Source of the DNA: an uncultured Verrucomicrobiota bacterium
Lineage (GTDB): Bacteria; Verrucomicrobiota; Kiritimatiellia; CAIKKV01
Direction of reading: 5' to 3'
Assembly (NCBI GenBank): GCA_964609905.1
Contig: CAZSUH010000002.1
Location: 3,148 to 67,147 of the forward strand
Length of the DNA stretch: 64,000 bases
This document shows, one piece after another, positions 44,301 to 54,867 of the stretch. Positions within the stretch are counted from its first letter, which is position 1. Each line of letters begins with the position of its first letter. The notes under the pieces are model-generated. The model made no database searches and was not told the DNA's origin. It saw only the letters and a list, made by a program, of their open reading frames with translations. A program made the translations under genes and the position numbers.

Positions 44301-44487
44301 GTCGGCTTCCGAGCCAAGGCGGCGCGGCGCGCCGCCGCCTCTCCCCGCCAAACCGCGCGATGCCGTGGATCGCGCCCTGGAGTCGGCCGCTACCGTGCAG
44401 CGCTCGGGGCCCAAGGCGGGGCGCAACGACCCCTGTCCCTGCGGGAGCGGGAAGAAGTACAAGCGCTGCTGCGGAGTGGGACAATGA
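41356..44487 (+). CDS. secA: Preprotein translocase ATPase SecA
   Basis: 1043 aa with the DEAD-like motor and a C-terminal Zn-binding CPCGSGKKYKRCCG. Confidence 0.9.
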   Translation: MIGFLKKLFGTKSQRDLKLMRPLVARINEIEAGYQRLTEAELVGKTAEFRARLAAGESLDGLLPEAFATVKNACRRLTGREFEVCGHKRVWDMVPFDTQLMGGIGLHQGKIAEMATGEGKTLVATLPLYLNALTGKPVHLVTVNDYLAKRDSEWMGSVFKFLGLTCGCIQNTMSPAERRSEYAKDITYGTNSEFGFDYLRDNGMAFRPEDQVQRGHYFAIVDEVDSILIDEARTPLIISGPSPESTHQYDKLKPRVERLVRQQAEICGRLMQEVRDLLPLVAPGAAEAGEKGGNGKTGKTPELTPDEAVERVRFNLYKVFHGMPKHKQFLHLLEIPAIRTLHEKVENAMLTDMNKEVARALTEELFFSMDERGHDASLTEKGCKELNPADPDAYVLPDIVASMSEIDGNAALDLPAKTEAKQKVQQVFAERSERIQNVDQLIRAFCLYEKDVHYVVMNNQVLIVDEFTGRILPGRRWSDGLHQAVEAKEGVKIEQETQTLATITIQNYFRMYEKLAGMTGTAETEADEFFQIYKLDVLVVPTNRPVRRVDNNDRVYKTKREKYKAIIDEIVACHQRGQPVLVGTISVETSELLGRMLRSAGVLNVNVLNAKYHEREAQIVADAGQKGAITIATNMAGRGTDIKLGEGVVPFDRSIITSPLALSDKMPDGVSLRKFLEEHPAGLHVIGTERHESRRIDRQLRGRCARQGDPGSSRFYTSLEDDLMRLFCPDRVARLLTRWGLEEGQELESSILTRSIENAQRRVEQHNFSIRKRTLQYDDVMNKQRNIVYKLRGDIVRSAEVTEQLFDMIEDTVLARAEEMLLDGNPETIRSFLEWFQMTFPVPLPREEIKTDKAFIEPFCEGLMARIREAYQVKAAAADPRTVGMFERFIMLRAIDMNWQDYLRSMDQLREGIGLRAYGQRDPLIEYKKEAFEMFGVLMANIRQEVAANLFRLAPMAVPMAPRATRVVHESVQTLGAASGGESASEPRRRGAPPPLPAKPRDAVDRALESAATVQRSGPKAGRNDPCPCGSGKKYKRCCGVGQ

Positions 44488-46166
44488 CGGATGCCGGCCA
44501 GAAGGCCTTTCGCCGGATTTTATGCCTGGCGGCCGCCGTCGCGACCGGCGTCCTGACGGCCGCCGGATTTGCCCCCTGGGAGAGCGTGACGGCCTCGTGG
44601 GGGTGCCTGGTTCCCCTGCTGTTGGTCTGCCGGTTTCGGCCGCCGCGCGAGTCGTTCGGCTGGGGATTTCTCGCCGGTTCCATCACATGGCTCACGGGCT
44701 TGCATTGGCTGACCGCTTTGTCCCATACCGCCGGCTTGCATCCGGCGCTGACAACCGCGGGCTGGGTGCTTGTTTCCCTGTACTGCGCGTTGTATACGGG
44801 GGCCTTTGCCTGGACGGTCTCGCGCTGGCTGGCCTGGACCGGCACCGGCCGGCTGATCCGGAACTGCGCCTCGGTGCTGGTCATCCCCGTGTTCTGGGTG
44901 GGGCTGGAATACCTGCGCGCGGTGTTGTTCACGGGCTTTCTCTGGAATCCCCTTGGCGTCGCGCAGGCGCAGAATCCGGCCATTGCGCAGGCCGCGGAGT
45001 GGGGCGGTGTTTTTCTGGTTTCGGGCGTGATCGTGCTGTTCAACACCTCGGTGGCCTTCACGCTGGGGCGTTACCTGGACAGGGAGGCCTGGCGCCGCTA
45101 CCGGCCGCACGCCGAACTGTTCATGGGGCTGACCGTGATGGCGGTCTGCACGGTATGGGGCCGGGCCCGGTTTCAACAGGTTGGCGCCCTGGGCGGCCAC
45201 GTGCTGGTCGGCCTTGTGCAGCCGGCGGTGGACCAGGCCGTCAAGTGGGACGCGGCCTTCGCCAACGAGGTGCAGAACCGGCTGGAGACGCTGACATTTG
45301 ACGCGCGCGACACGGCATTGGCCTTGGCGGGCCGCCGGCCCGACCTCACCATCTGGCCCGAAACGTGCACGCCCGGCGATCTGAGAGAAGACGCGGAGTT
45401 GCAGGCCCGTGTGACCCGGCTGGCGGAAACGTGCGGACCGTTGCTGGCGGGCACGCTGTGGGAAGACGAGAACGGCGCGCTGTTCAACCGGTCGATTTTG
45501 ATCGGCACGAACGGCGCCCAGGATCGTTTTTATGACAAGCAGCATCGGGTGCCGTTCGGGGAATTTATTCCGTTCGACAAGCCGTTTCCCGCGTTGCAAC
45601 GCCTCTCTCCCCTCGGGATCAGCCTGTCGCCGGGCCGCGAGGCGACGGTGTTCGATCTGCCGGAGCGGAACGCCCGGTTTTCGGTGACGATCTGTTTCGA
45701 GGATATCTTTCCGGACCTGTCGCGGGAGTTTGTGCGGCGCGGCGCGCGGCTGCTGATCAACCAGTCGAACGACGCCTGGTTCGACGGCACGGCCCAACAC
45801 CGGCAGCATCTGAACATGGGCGTCATGCGGTGCATCGAGAACCGGGTGCCGGGCGTGCGGGTGTCCAATTCCGGCATTTCGGCCTGCATCGAGGCGAACG
45901 GACGCATCTATCGCACGGGGTTGAGCCGCTCCTCGGACGAAGGCTGGTTGGGCGCAACCGGCCCGTTGCCGGACGAAACGCAGGCGTCCGACGTGTCGCT
46001 GCTGGATTGTCCCCCGCCGTCCATGGCGTTGACGGCGTACACGCGGCATGGCGACTGGCTGCTGGCGATTCCCTGCGCCTGGGCCGTGCTGGTTTGGGCC
46101 GCGGCGGCCCTGTGGATGGACCGGCGCCGCAACGCCGTTCCGGCGAGCGGAGCGCGGAACGATTAA
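44484..46166 (+). CDS. lnt: Apolipoprotein N-acyltransferase
   Basis: N-terminal TM helices plus a C-N hydrolase (nitrilase-fold) domain with the E...K...C triad region (TICFEDIF ... SNSGISA). ATGA overlap with the secA stop. Confidence 0.75.
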   Translation: MTDAGQKAFRRILCLAAAVATGVLTAAGFAPWESVTASWGCLVPLLLVCRFRPPRESFGWGFLAGSITWLTGLHWLTALSHTAGLHPALTTAGWVLVSLYCALYTGAFAWTVSRWLAWTGTGRLIRNCASVLVIPVFWVGLEYLRAVLFTGFLWNPLGVAQAQNPAIAQAAEWGGVFLVSGVIVLFNTSVAFTLGRYLDREAWRRYRPHAELFMGLTVMAVCTVWGRARFQQVGALGGHVLVGLVQPAVDQAVKWDAAFANEVQNRLETLTFDARDTALALAGRRPDLTIWPETCTPGDLREDAELQARVTRLAETCGPLLAGTLWEDENGALFNRSILIGTNGAQDRFYDKQHRVPFGEFIPFDKPFPALQRLSPLGISLSPGREATVFDLPERNARFSVTICFEDIFPDLSREFVRRGARLLINQSNDAWFDGTAQHRQHLNMGVMRCIENRVPGVRVSNSGISACIEANGRIYRTGLSRSSDEGWLGATGPLPDETQASDVSLLDCPPPSMALTAYTRHGDWLLAIPCAWAVLVWAAAALWMDRRRNAVPASGARND

Positions 46167-46180
46167 TCGGGAGAACACGC

Positions 46181-47330
46181 ATGAATGAGGATGTCCTGGC
46201 AAGGCTGGACGCGATTCGCGGCCGGCTCGCGGAAATGAGAGGTTATCTTTGACGTCGACGGACGCCGCACCCGGGTAACCGAACTGGAGCGCCGCACCTC
46301 GGCGCCCGATTTCTGGAACGATCCCAACAAGGCCCGCGAGTTGCTGGATCAGGTGACCCGCGAGCGGGACATCCTGAATCCCTTCGACGCGCTCGTCAAG
46401 CGCGCCGAAGACGCCGCCGTGCTCCTCGAGATGGCCGGCGCGGAAAACGACCCCGACATGGCCCGGCTGGCCGCGGAGGAAGCCGAGTCCGATCTCGCGC
46501 CGCTCGAAAAGGCCGTGATCGCCATGGAGCTCAAATCCATGCTGAGCGGTCCCCTGGATCGGAACAACGCATTCCTGACGCTGCACGCGGGCGCGGGCGG
46601 CACGGAGGCCTGCGACTGGGCCGCCATGCTGATGCGCATGATCCGGCGGTATTGCGAAAACAAGGGATTCAAGGTCGATCTGCTGGACTTTCAGGACGGC
46701 GACGAAGCCGGCTTGAAAAGCGCGTCACTCCAGGTGAGCGGACCCTATGCCTACGGCTATCTCCGATCCGAGCGAGGCGTGCACCGGCTGGTGCGCATCA
46801 GCCCGTTCGATTCCAACAAGCGGCGCCACACGTCGTTCGCCTCGTTGGATGTGACCGCGGAGATCGACGACTCGATCGAGATCGAGGTCCTGGACGCCGA
46901 CATACGGGTCGATACGTTCCGCTCCAGCGGCGCGGGCGGGCAGCACGTCAACAAGACGGATTCGGCGATCCGGCTCACGCACCTGGCCACGGGGTTCGTG
47001 GTGTCGTGCCAGACCCAGCGGTCGCAGCACCAGAATCGCGCGCAGGCCATGAAGATGCTCAAGTCGAAGCTCTACGAACTGGAACTGGACAAGCAGCGGC
47101 GGGAGATGGACCGGTTTTACGGGGACAAGGGCGACATCTCCTGGGGCAACCAGATCCGCTCCTACGTCCTGCAGCCCTATACGCAGGTGAAAGACGAGCG
47201 CACCGAGCTGAAAACGTCCAATGTGCAGGCGGTGCTGGACGGCGATTTGGACGAGTTTGTGGAAGCGTATCTGAAAAAACAGCGATTGGCCGGATCGCCC
47301 ACACCGGGAGAAGACACGCATGTCACTTAG
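46181..47330 (+). CDS. prfB: Peptide chain release factor 2 with a programmed +1 ribosomal frameshift (frame 0 46181..46249, then +1 frame 46251..47330)
   Basis: ORF1 (MNEDVLARLDAIRGRLAEMRGYL) ends at the canonical CTT TGA C shift site at 46247..46253. The site is preceded by an SD-like AGAGG. The +1 frame continues as DVDGRRTRVTELE... into a protein with the SPF and GGQ motifs. Confidence 0.85.
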
Positions 47331-48207
47331 AAGCATGACGGGCTACGGGCATGGGGAGGCCGCAAGCTCCGGCATTCGGGTGGAGGTGGACCTGAGTTCC
47401 GTGAACCGGAAGCAGTTCGATTTGCGGCTCAACCTGCCCCGCGCGCTGACGCCGCTGGAGTCGTGGTTCACCGAGATCGTGCACGAATCCGTCTCGCGCG
47501 GGCAGTGCACCGGTTCGGTGAACGTGGCGGTGTCGGAACACAAGCGACAGCAGGGCGCGAAGGTCGATCACCACCTGGCCCGCGCGTTTGTCCGGGAAAT
47601 TCGGTGCGTCGCGAAGGAGCTGGAACTGCCCGACGATTTGGGCGCGAGCCTGTTGCCGCAACTGCCCGAGGTACTCCAATACCACTATGTGGAGGAGGAT
47701 GTGGACCTGATCCGGCCCGTGTGCGAGAAGGCGCTGCGCCAGGCCCTGGCCGCGATGGTGGCGATGCGGGAACGGGAGGGGAGAGCGATGGCCCGGGATC
47801 TGTCGGGCCGCCTGAAAGTGGCGGGCGCGCGGGTCCGGCGGATCGCCCGGTTGGCGCCCTCCGTGGGGCCGCGTTACCGGCGCGACGTGCTGGACCGCTT
47901 GAAGCGGGCGGGCCTTCCGGTCCGGGCGGACGATCCGTCCATCCTGAAGGAGATCGCGCTGATGGCGGAGCGGGCGGATATCAGCGAGGAGATCACACGG
48001 TTGGATAGCCACCTTCAGCAGACGGGAAAACTGCTGCTCCAATCCCGCGAGCCGGTGGGGCGCTCGCTGGATTTCCTGGCCCAGGAGATGTTCCGGGAGA
48101 TCAACACGATCGGGTCCAAGGCCAACGATCTGGAAATCTCCCGGCAGGTGATCCGGTTCAAGACGGAACTGGAGCGGTTCCGCGAGCAGGTGCAGAATGT
48201 CGAATAA
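47320..48207 (+). CDS. yicC: YicC-family stress-induced protein / endoribonuclease
   Basis: MTGYG N-terminus and a C-terminal DUF1732 region. Classical yicC-gmk linkage. Confidence 0.75.
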   Translation: MSLRSMTGYGHGEAASSGIRVEVDLSSVNRKQFDLRLNLPRALTPLESWFTEIVHESVSRGQCTGSVNVAVSEHKRQQGAKVDHHLARAFVREIRCVAKELELPDDLGASLLPQLPEVLQYHYVEEDVDLIRPVCEKALRQALAAMVAMREREGRAMARDLSGRLKVAGARVRRIARLAPSVGPRYRRDVLDRLKRAGLPVRADDPSILKEIALMAERADISEEITRLDSHLQQTGKLLLQSREPVGRSLDFLAQEMFREINTIGSKANDLEISRQVIRFKTELERFREQVQNVE

Positions 48208-48853
48208 AGGCGGCCATTCCACGCCCGATCTTTTCGATGCGGTTCCCGCGTTGAAGCGGCCCTTGCTGATCGTGATGTCGGCGCCCTCGGGCGCGGGCAA
48301 GACCACCTTGTGCAAGGCGTGGCTGGCGACGTGCGAAGGGCTGGCGTATTCCGTGTCCTGCACGACCCGCCTGCCGCGGCCGGGCGAGGTCGAGGGGGAA
48401 AGCTACCACTTCCTTTCCGAGTCGGAATTCGAGCGGCGCGTGGCCGCGGGGGATTTTCTCGAACACGCCAGGGTGCATGGAAACCGGTACGGCACGCTGA
48501 AGGAAACGGCGCTGAAGGCGATGCGGGGCGGCCTGGACATCGTGATGGCGATCGACGTGCAGGGAGGCGCGGCGTTGCGAAAGCAGGCGCTGGCGTCCGA
48601 ATCGGATCCCCTGATCCGCCAGGGATTCACGGATATTTTCGTGGTGCCTCCGTCCTTCGCGGTGTTGCGCGAACGGCTGACGGGGCGGGGGACGGACGCG
48701 CCGGAGACGATTGCCGTGCGGTTGAAGAATGCGGCGGATGAAATGGCGCGCTGGACGGAATACCGGCATGTGGTGGTGAATGACGACCTGCGGGATGCGG
48801 TCCGGCGCCTGGAAGCCATTCGTCAGGCGGAACATTGCCGGTTTCGGGCGTGA
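48197..48853 (+). CDS. gmk: Guanylate kinase
   Basis: P-loop SAPSGAGKTT, and the TTR and YHF motifs. Confidence 0.85.
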   Translation: MSNKGGHSTPDLFDAVPALKRPLLIVMSAPSGAGKTTLCKAWLATCEGLAYSVSCTTRLPRPGEVEGESYHFLSESEFERRVAAGDFLEHARVHGNRYGTLKETALKAMRGGLDIVMAIDVQGGAALRKQALASESDPLIRQGFTDIFVVPPSFAVLRERLTGRGTDAPETIAVRLKNAADEMARWTEYRHVVVNDDLRDAVRRLEAIRQAEHCRFRA

Positions 48854-48890
48854 CGCGGATGCACGTGGATGACGAACGCGGCCGGGTCGG

Positions 48891-50345
48891 CTACGCTTCC
48901 TTTTTGCTGAAATCCAGCAGGTGGCCGAGGACGCGCAAGCCGGCGCGCCAATAGAACCGGACGTCCGCGAACGAGCGGATGGATGCGAGTTTCCGCCACA
49001 CGAAGCGGGGCGTGAGGAACGACTTGTAGATGTCGCGCGTCAGGGCCATGACGGTGTCGTCCGGCATCGGCGTTTTCATGATGGGTTCGCGCATGTCGTA
49101 GCGGTCCCAATCCTCGGTTTTCAGCCAGCCGTTCGCCTGGCACTCGTTGAACAGGGGTGTGCCCGGATAGGGAATGACCACCGTGGCCTGAAGGGTGTCG
49201 ATGTAGCCCTTGTCGAACAGGGAACGGGTCAGGGCGATGGTTTGTCGGGCCTGGGCTTCGCTCTCCCAGGGGTAGCCGACCATGCAGGTGACGTGCGGCT
49301 GGAGCCCGGCTTTTTTAGCCAGTCGCATGGAATTTTCGATGTCGTTCGCTTTTCCGCATTTTCGGATGCGCGCCAGGGTTTCGGGGCTGGCGGACTCCAG
49401 GCCGAACAGCAGGAACCGGAAATTCGCGCGGGCCATCAGGTCATAGTGCTCCTGGTTCAGCACGCCGGGAATCATGTTGCAGCCCAGCACGACTTTTTTG
49501 TGATAGCCCCGCTCGACGATCCGTTCGCAAAAGCGGCGCAGCCAATGGCCGGCGGGGAAGCAGCCGGAATCGTCGAACACCTCCTTCACCCCGTACCGGT
49601 CGATCAGCAGGCCGATCTCGTCGGCCAGCCGCTCGGGTGTCTGGCAGCGCCAGCGGTTGTAGAGGGTGGTCCAGGAGCAGAAGGCGCACTTGCCCCACCA
49701 GCAGTCGCGGCCGACCATCGTGTAGGTTCCCGGCGTGAAGCGGAAGTTGCCGTTTTTATTGGCGTAGAGCCGCCAGCGGGTCAGGTCGCGATCGATGAAG
49801 GGGAGGTCGTTCAGGTCCTGGTCCAGCACGAACGGGCCGGTGGATCGAACCTGCGCGCCATCGCGGAGCCAGACGCCGGGCGGCAGCGGCGCGCCGGATT
49901 CGAGGTGGCGGGCGAGATCCTGGAGCAGGAAGTCGTAGTTGCCGCCGGTGAGGATGAAATCCACGGGGCAGGCGGCCATGGTCTCCGCCGGGAGCGCGGT
50001 GGGATGGTCGCCGCACAGGACGATGCGGGCGCGGCCGCCAAGGGATTTGAGGCGGCGGACGGTTTCCCAGTAGCGTTTGATGATGGGGGTTTTGGCTTCG
50101 ATCAGGAGCACGTCGGGGTCGAACGACTGGAACTCCTGTTCGAACCGCTCGGGCGACCAGGCTTCGGCGATGCCGTCGGCCCAGCGGACGTCATGGCCGT
50201 TTCGCGCGGCGAGCGAGGCGGCATAGGCGGGCACCATGGGATAGACATAGGTGGGCTTGTTGAACCACTGAAACTGGCGGTTCTGGGACAGCAGCGGCAC
50301 GCCCTTGGGGGAGGGGATCGGAGGATAGCCGACCATGATTTTCAT
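48891..50345 (-). CDS. B12-binding-domain radical SAM enzyme (class B rSAM, HpnJ/BchE-like architecture)
   Basis: N-terminal cobalamin-binding-like domain, CWWGKCAFC (CX3CX2C), 484 aa. Last gene of a three-gene operon with 4-bp overlaps. Confidence 0.7.
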   Translation of the reverse strand: MKIMVGYPPIPSPKGVPLLSQNRQFQWFNKPTYVYPMVPAYAASLAARNGHDVRWADGIAEAWSPERFEQEFQSFDPDVLLIEAKTPIIKRYWETVRRLKSLGGRARIVLCGDHPTALPAETMAACPVDFILTGGNYDFLLQDLARHLESGAPLPPGVWLRDGAQVRSTGPFVLDQDLNDLPFIDRDLTRWRLYANKNGNFRFTPGTYTMVGRDCWWGKCAFCSWTTLYNRWRCQTPERLADEIGLLIDRYGVKEVFDDSGCFPAGHWLRRFCERIVERGYHKKVVLGCNMIPGVLNQEHYDLMARANFRFLLFGLESASPETLARIRKCGKANDIENSMRLAKKAGLQPHVTCMVGYPWESEAQARQTIALTRSLFDKGYIDTLQATVVIPYPGTPLFNECQANGWLKTEDWDRYDMREPIMKTPMPDDTVMALTRDIYKSFLTPRFVWRKLASIRSFADVRFYWRAGLRVLGHLLDFSKKEA

Positions 50346-52153
50346 GTGTTGCTCCCGCGGGAGTTGCCGGGTTCGGAGGGGTGGTCGAAGCGTTGCACCG
50401 CGCGCGGGGTTCCGCCGAGAAAATAGCCTTGGAGAAAACGCGAGCCATACACGAGATGAGTGGCCATGATGCCCAGCCAGACCGTGATCCAGGTGAGCGG
50501 TCGGCGGTCAAAGGCGCCGAGAAACGTGACCAGCAGGTAGGCGGCCGTGGCGCCCAGGTAGGCCCGAAGGAGCCAGGCGTGGAATGGCGCGACAAGGGCG
50601 CCGCCAACCAGGCCGAGGAGGAACAGGGAGGGAAGCCAATAGGCCAGGCGATGCGAGTTTTCGGGGAAACGCCGCGCAAAGAGGCCGCGGTGCAGTCCAT
50701 AGCGGCCCACCTGGCGCAGGTGGGGGAGAAACAGGCCGCGGCGATGATGGTAAACCAGCGCGCGCGGCTCGTAGAGAATCCGGCCGCCGTTCCGATGCAC
50801 CAGGTCCAGGCAGAGCAAGGTGTCTTCGCCGGGCCAGTAATCGGTGCGGAAGCCCCCGGCCTGGCGCAGGGCCGCGGCGGAAACGAACAGGTTGCAACTG
50901 GGGAAATCGTCCACCGCCCGCACGCGATCCGGGGTATACCGGTGGCGGGCGCCCCCGGAGACGAGGGGGTTGGCGTAAACCTGGCCGCTTCTCTGAGCGG
51001 GAGGGGGATCGTCGGGTGGGGTCACGGCCGGTCCGCCCACGCCGACCACGCCCGGAATGGAAAAATAGCCGACCGCCCTCTGCAGCCAGTCGGGGACGGG
51101 GTAGGCGTCGTCGTCAAGAAAGGCGACGATGTCCCCGCGCGCGTCCCGGATCCCGATATTGCGTTTTTCCGCGGGTCGGAGGCGGCCGGTGGGAATTTCC
51201 CGGATTCGTTCCGGCCAGGGATGGCCGGCGGCGGCGTCCGGCAGGAGAAGCACTTCGTAATGGGGGTAGGTTTGGGCCGCGATGCTCGCGAGGGCCTGGC
51301 GGAGGAAAGCGGTTTCCGAAGGATAGGCGATCACGATGCTCACGAGCGGCGGGGGGGCGGGAATGCGGATGTCGGGGATGGAGTGGTAATATTTCAGGAT
51401 GTGGAGCCGGTAAAACACGGCCAGCGTGTCATTGAGCACCGAGCGGATGGCCTGCAAAGGCACACCGCCCCAGGCGCCGTGGAAATCGACCCGCACGGGC
51501 GTCTCGGCGACGCGGAAGCCGCGGGCGATCGCGAGGGCCAGCACTTCCAGGTCGAACGCGAACGCCTTGACCAGCATGCGGGGGAACGCCCAGTCGAGAC
51601 ACTTGCGGCGATACAGTTTGAGGCCGGTCTGGGTGTCGTGCACGGGCAGGTTGAAGGCGAATTTGATGAAGACATAATAAACGAAACTGATAAACCGGCG
51701 CAACGGGGGGTAATGCAGATTCGAATCGCGATGCAGTTTCGAGCCGATGACGATGTCCGCGCCGGATGTTTCCAATTTCGAGAAAAAAGAGGGAATCTGT
51801 TCGGGCGGCAGATCGAGATCGGCGTCAAGCAGGACGATGAACGCCCCGGTGGATTTTTCGAATCCGGCGCGGAGGGCGCCCCCTTTTCCGGCGTTTTGCT
51901 TCAATAGGACCGGCACGACCTCCGGCAGGCCGGCGGCGGCTTCGCGGATGCGGGCCGCGGTGTCGTCCGTGCTACCGTCGTCGATGACCACGATCTCAAA
52001 AGACGCGCGGCCGTTGAACACCCCGTGGACGCGGCGGATGTTGGTGGCGATCACATCCTGGAGATTGTGGGCCGGCATGAGTATGGAAATCGGCCCCTCG
52101 GTCCGGGTGAGGCGGCGGATGGCATCCCAATGCTGGAACTCGGCGTCGGTCAT
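50342..52153 (-). CDS. Bifunctional membrane glycosyltransferase with two GT2 domains (polyprenyl-phosphate-sugar-synthase-like + second GT-A domain) and C-terminal TM helices
   Basis: Domain 1: VVIDDGSTDDT...LDADLDL. Domain 2: SIVIAYPSE...FLDDDAYPVPDWL (DXD). Hydrophobic C-terminus. The start is at MTDAEFQ. Confidence 0.65.
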   Translation of the reverse strand: MTDAEFQHWDAIRRLTRTEGPISILMPAHNLQDVIATNIRRVHGVFNGRASFEIVVIDDGSTDDTAARIREAAAGLPEVVPVLLKQNAGKGGALRAGFEKSTGAFIVLLDADLDLPPEQIPSFFSKLETSGADIVIGSKLHRDSNLHYPPLRRFISFVYYVFIKFAFNLPVHDTQTGLKLYRRKCLDWAFPRMLVKAFAFDLEVLALAIARGFRVAETPVRVDFHGAWGGVPLQAIRSVLNDTLAVFYRLHILKYYHSIPDIRIPAPPPLVSIVIAYPSETAFLRQALASIAAQTYPHYEVLLLPDAAAGHPWPERIREIPTGRLRPAEKRNIGIRDARGDIVAFLDDDAYPVPDWLQRAVGYFSIPGVVGVGGPAVTPPDDPPPAQRSGQVYANPLVSGGARHRYTPDRVRAVDDFPSCNLFVSAAALRQAGGFRTDYWPGEDTLLCLDLVHRNGGRILYEPRALVYHHRRGLFLPHLRQVGRYGLHRGLFARRFPENSHRLAYWLPSLFLLGLVGGALVAPFHAWLLRAYLGATAAYLLVTFLGAFDRRPLTWITVWLGIMATHLVYGSRFLQGYFLGGTPRAVQRFDHPSEPGNSRGSNT

Positions 52154-52356
52154 GGAGCGGGCGCAGCCTTCGGGGGTTGGCGCGCCGGGGACTCCGCCTC
52201 TTCCATCAGCATCACGGGGATGCCGTCTCGGACGGGATAGCGCAGCCCGCATGCGGCATTGATGCAGCACAGGAACGCCCCCTCCGGCGCCACCGGTTGG
52301 CGGCATTTCGGACAGCAGAGCAGGCGGATCAGTTCTTCCGGAACGTTTTCTTTCAT
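52150..52356 (-). CDS. Trm112-like zinc-ribbon protein (DUF343 / YcaR family)
   Basis: LLCCPKCRQP...CGLRYPVRDGIPVML matches the Trm112/YcaR pattern. ATGA overlap with the GT2 gene. Confidence 0.5.
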   Translation of the reverse strand: MKENVPEELIRLLCCPKCRQPVAPEGAFLCCINAACGLRYPVRDGIPVMLMEEAESPARQPPKAAPAP

Positions 52357-53315
52357 GAACACCAAGCCTTCAGCACGATCCAGGATTCATTTTGTCACGT
52401 TTGAGAGTTGGAAACAACCGAAAAAGGGAATATAACCGGAGCGATGACCCAGCGAGTCCTGATGATTTTCGTGGATGGATTCGGAATCGGCCCCGCGGAT
52501 CCGGCGGTCAATCCCTTTTGCGGCGGCACAGCACCGGTCCTGGAGCGCTGGCTCGGGGAATCCTGCGTTCCGATGGATGTGACGATGGGCGTGCCCGGGT
52601 TGCCGCAGAGCGCGACGGGACAGACGGCGCTGCTGACGGGGGCCAACGCGGCGGCGGCGGTGAATGGGCATGTGCCGGGTTTCCCCGGGCCCGACCTGCG
52701 GGCGATCATCGAGGCGCATAACATCTACGATCGTCTGCAGTCCCGCGGTTACCGGGCCGCGAGCGCCAATGCCTACTTCCTGGAGTCGATGCCCGAGCGG
52801 TGGGTGCGACGCCGTCCGTCCGTCACCACGGTGGCGGCGTTGAAGGCGTTCGGCACGGTGCGGGACGGCGCGGCCCTGCGGGCCGGCCAGGCCGTGTTTC
52901 ACGATTTAACGCGGGCCTCGCTGGTGGAGCGGGGGTATGAGGGGCCGGTGGTCGAGCCGGAGGAGGCGGCGCGGCATCTTTGGACGATTGCCCGGGGCCA
53001 CGATTTCACGCTGTTCGAGTTTTTCGAGTCCGACCAGGCGGGACATCGGGGCACGATCGCGCAAGCGCGGACGGTGGCGCGCAAACTGGACCGGTTTTGC
53101 GGGGAGCTGGAAAGGGGGCTTGAACGGGAACGGGAGCTGCTGATCCTGACCAGCGATCACGGGAACATGGAGGACATGTCCCACGGGATGCACACGGGAA
53201 CGCCGGTTCCCTTTGTGGCCATCGGCGCGGGGAGCAGCCGGCTGTTGAAGGCCGTCCACGCCATCACGGACGTCACGCCCGCGGTTCTGGATCTGTTTCC
53301 CGATCGGGCTCGAAA

Positions 53316-54671
<1,356 letters not shown>

Positions 54672-54823
54672 GGCGGTGCTCCTGGTGTCGGGTTTTCGTT
54701 GAGGGAGACAAGCATATTCGCGTCGTCCCGAAAGCTCAAGGCGGAAACCCGGGCGCTCAACGTCCGGCCCTGAATACCTGAGGACGGCGGAAAAACTTGA
54801 CGGGGAAGCGGAAAATCCGATAC

Positions 54824-54838
54824 ATAGAATCATTCTAT
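54824..54838. promoter_or_regulatory. Perfect 7-1-7 palindrome ATAGAAT-C-ATTCTAT overlapping a putative -10 region, 30 bp upstream of the ilvE-like gene
   Basis: Read directly from the sequence. A candidate -35 TTGACG lies at 54797. Confidence 0.35.
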
Positions 54839-54867
54839 TCGCCAACCGATTGCACGGGGAAAGACGC

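Noticed and set aside
41281-44484. 1067-aa minus-strand ORF antisense to secA
   Set aside because: It completely overlaps the unmistakable SecA reading frame. The translation is low-complexity (Arg/Ala/Gly-rich) with no motifs.
44520-46586. 688-aa minus-strand ORF antisense to lnt/prfB
   Set aside because: Antisense to two well-supported genes. Low-complexity translation.
48921-51907. Plus-strand ORFs (48921..50426, 50381..51907) opposite the rSAM/GT2 operon
   Set aside because: The opposite-strand frames contain the CX3CX2C and DXD motifs. These frames are featureless.
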